Assembly (NCBI GenBank): GCA_021734805.1
Contig: JAIPIG010000002.1
Location: forward strand, 5,975-69,974
Length of the DNA stretch: 64,000 nt
DNA from: Simkaniaceae bacterium
GTDB taxonomy: Bacteria > Chlamydiota > Chlamydiia > Chlamydiales > JACRBE01
Direction: 5' to 3'
How positions within the stretch are numbered: position 1 is the first letter of the stretch; the number at the start of each line of letters is the position of its first letter. Under the pieces are notes generated by a model. The model searched no databases, was not told the DNA's origin, and saw nothing but the letters and a program-made list of their open reading frames with translations. This document shows positions 63,657-64,000 of this stretch, in pieces. Position numbers and translations under genes: made by a program.

Positions 63657-64000
63657 TCAATGAATAGCTAATAGAAGAAGTCCACCGAGAGCGGGTCGAT
63701 TCTTTATATTGCCGTCTTTTAAAGCATTTAAAATGCAATCGATGCTTAAAGTTTCGTGTTTTCGTGCAATCGCTTCAAAAGATTCAACAAGAAGAGCAGA
63801 GTTTTCTTCGGGCGTCAAATGATAGTTCGATGTGATCTCAACATCGAGCGTGCGAGGAGCAATGGGCCGAAAACGGATGAGCTCCGTTCCTTTTTGCTCA
63901 TTGATCCAACTTAAAAACTTTTCACCATATTCACCGGCATTGCCGAGTCGATAAAGACCTAAAAGGCAATAGGAGCGAATGAGGGGAGACCCTATTCTGT
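63657..64000 (-). CDS. Hypothetical protein, C-terminal 113 codons; the 5' end lies beyond the window
   Basis: My minus-strand translation stays open from the window edge to TGA at 63659..63657: ...RIGSPLIRSYCLLGLYRLGNAGEYGEKFLSWINEQKGTELIRF...ALGGLLLLAIH. No confident family assignment. Confidence 0.45.
   Translation of the reverse strand, partial: RIGSPLIRSYCLLGLYRLGNAGEYGEKFLSWINEQKGTELIRFRPIAPRTLDVEITSNYHLTPEENSALLVESFEAIARKHETLSIDCILNALKDGNIKNRPALGGLLLLAIH

Noticed and set aside
63435-63671. 78-aa + strand ORF (MYNFQRDFHNLLTYNQLPIPVMACSSRLQELVTDCM...)
   Set aside because: It is a mirror image of the minus-strand reading of the same palindrome and shares the LTYNQLPIP and LQELVTDCM peptides. 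It is an artefact of dyad symmetry, not evidence of coding.
1-64000. Looked for CRISPR arrays, tRNA/rRNA/tmRNA genes, riboswitches and prophage or defence-island gene sets
   Set aside because: I saw no regularly spaced direct repeats. No intergenic region has a tRNA T-arm (GGTTCGAATCC-like) or rRNA signatures. No restriction-modification, toxin-antitoxin, Cas or phage structural gene motifs appear in the translations. This visual scan cannot exclude small RNAs.

Overview
Dense, mostly housekeeping chromosomal window, moderately AT-rich (about 40% GC by eye, not computed). I infer it comes from a member of the Chlamydiae, probably an environmental chlamydia-like organism. Supporting evidence: an ATP/ADP-translocase-family (NTT) nucleotide transporter; a type III secretion translocator operon (SycD/LcrH-class TPR chaperone followed by two hydrophobic translocator-like proteins); a secretin; and the dxs-xseB-xseA / tpiA-secG-def neighbourhood. 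I support about 58 CDS. Two of them are absent from the ORF track: a partial rnr at the left edge and the 53-aa rpmG. A third, a partial CDS, runs off the right edge. I saw no rRNA, tRNA or CRISPR array. Non-housekeeping content: (1) a solo IS200/IS605-type tnpB with an intact RuvC triad and matching subterminal hairpins. (2) Two long structured palindromic elements (33674..33830 and 63422..63593) that share the terminal 12-mer CTCGACTTTGTA. The second covers the only plausible start codon of lptD, and together they look like a small MITE-like or structured-RNA family, which is my best candidate for something undescribed. (3) The compact T3SS translocon operon. (4) A class III nucleotidyl cyclase with a large periplasmic sensor domain. 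(5) A GshF fusion. (6) An nfeD-floA module followed by two orphan ORFs. (7) Several large orphan proteins. All coordinates of hairpins and corrected starts were counted by hand. Functional calls rest on motifs I recognise in the supplied translations, not on database searches.
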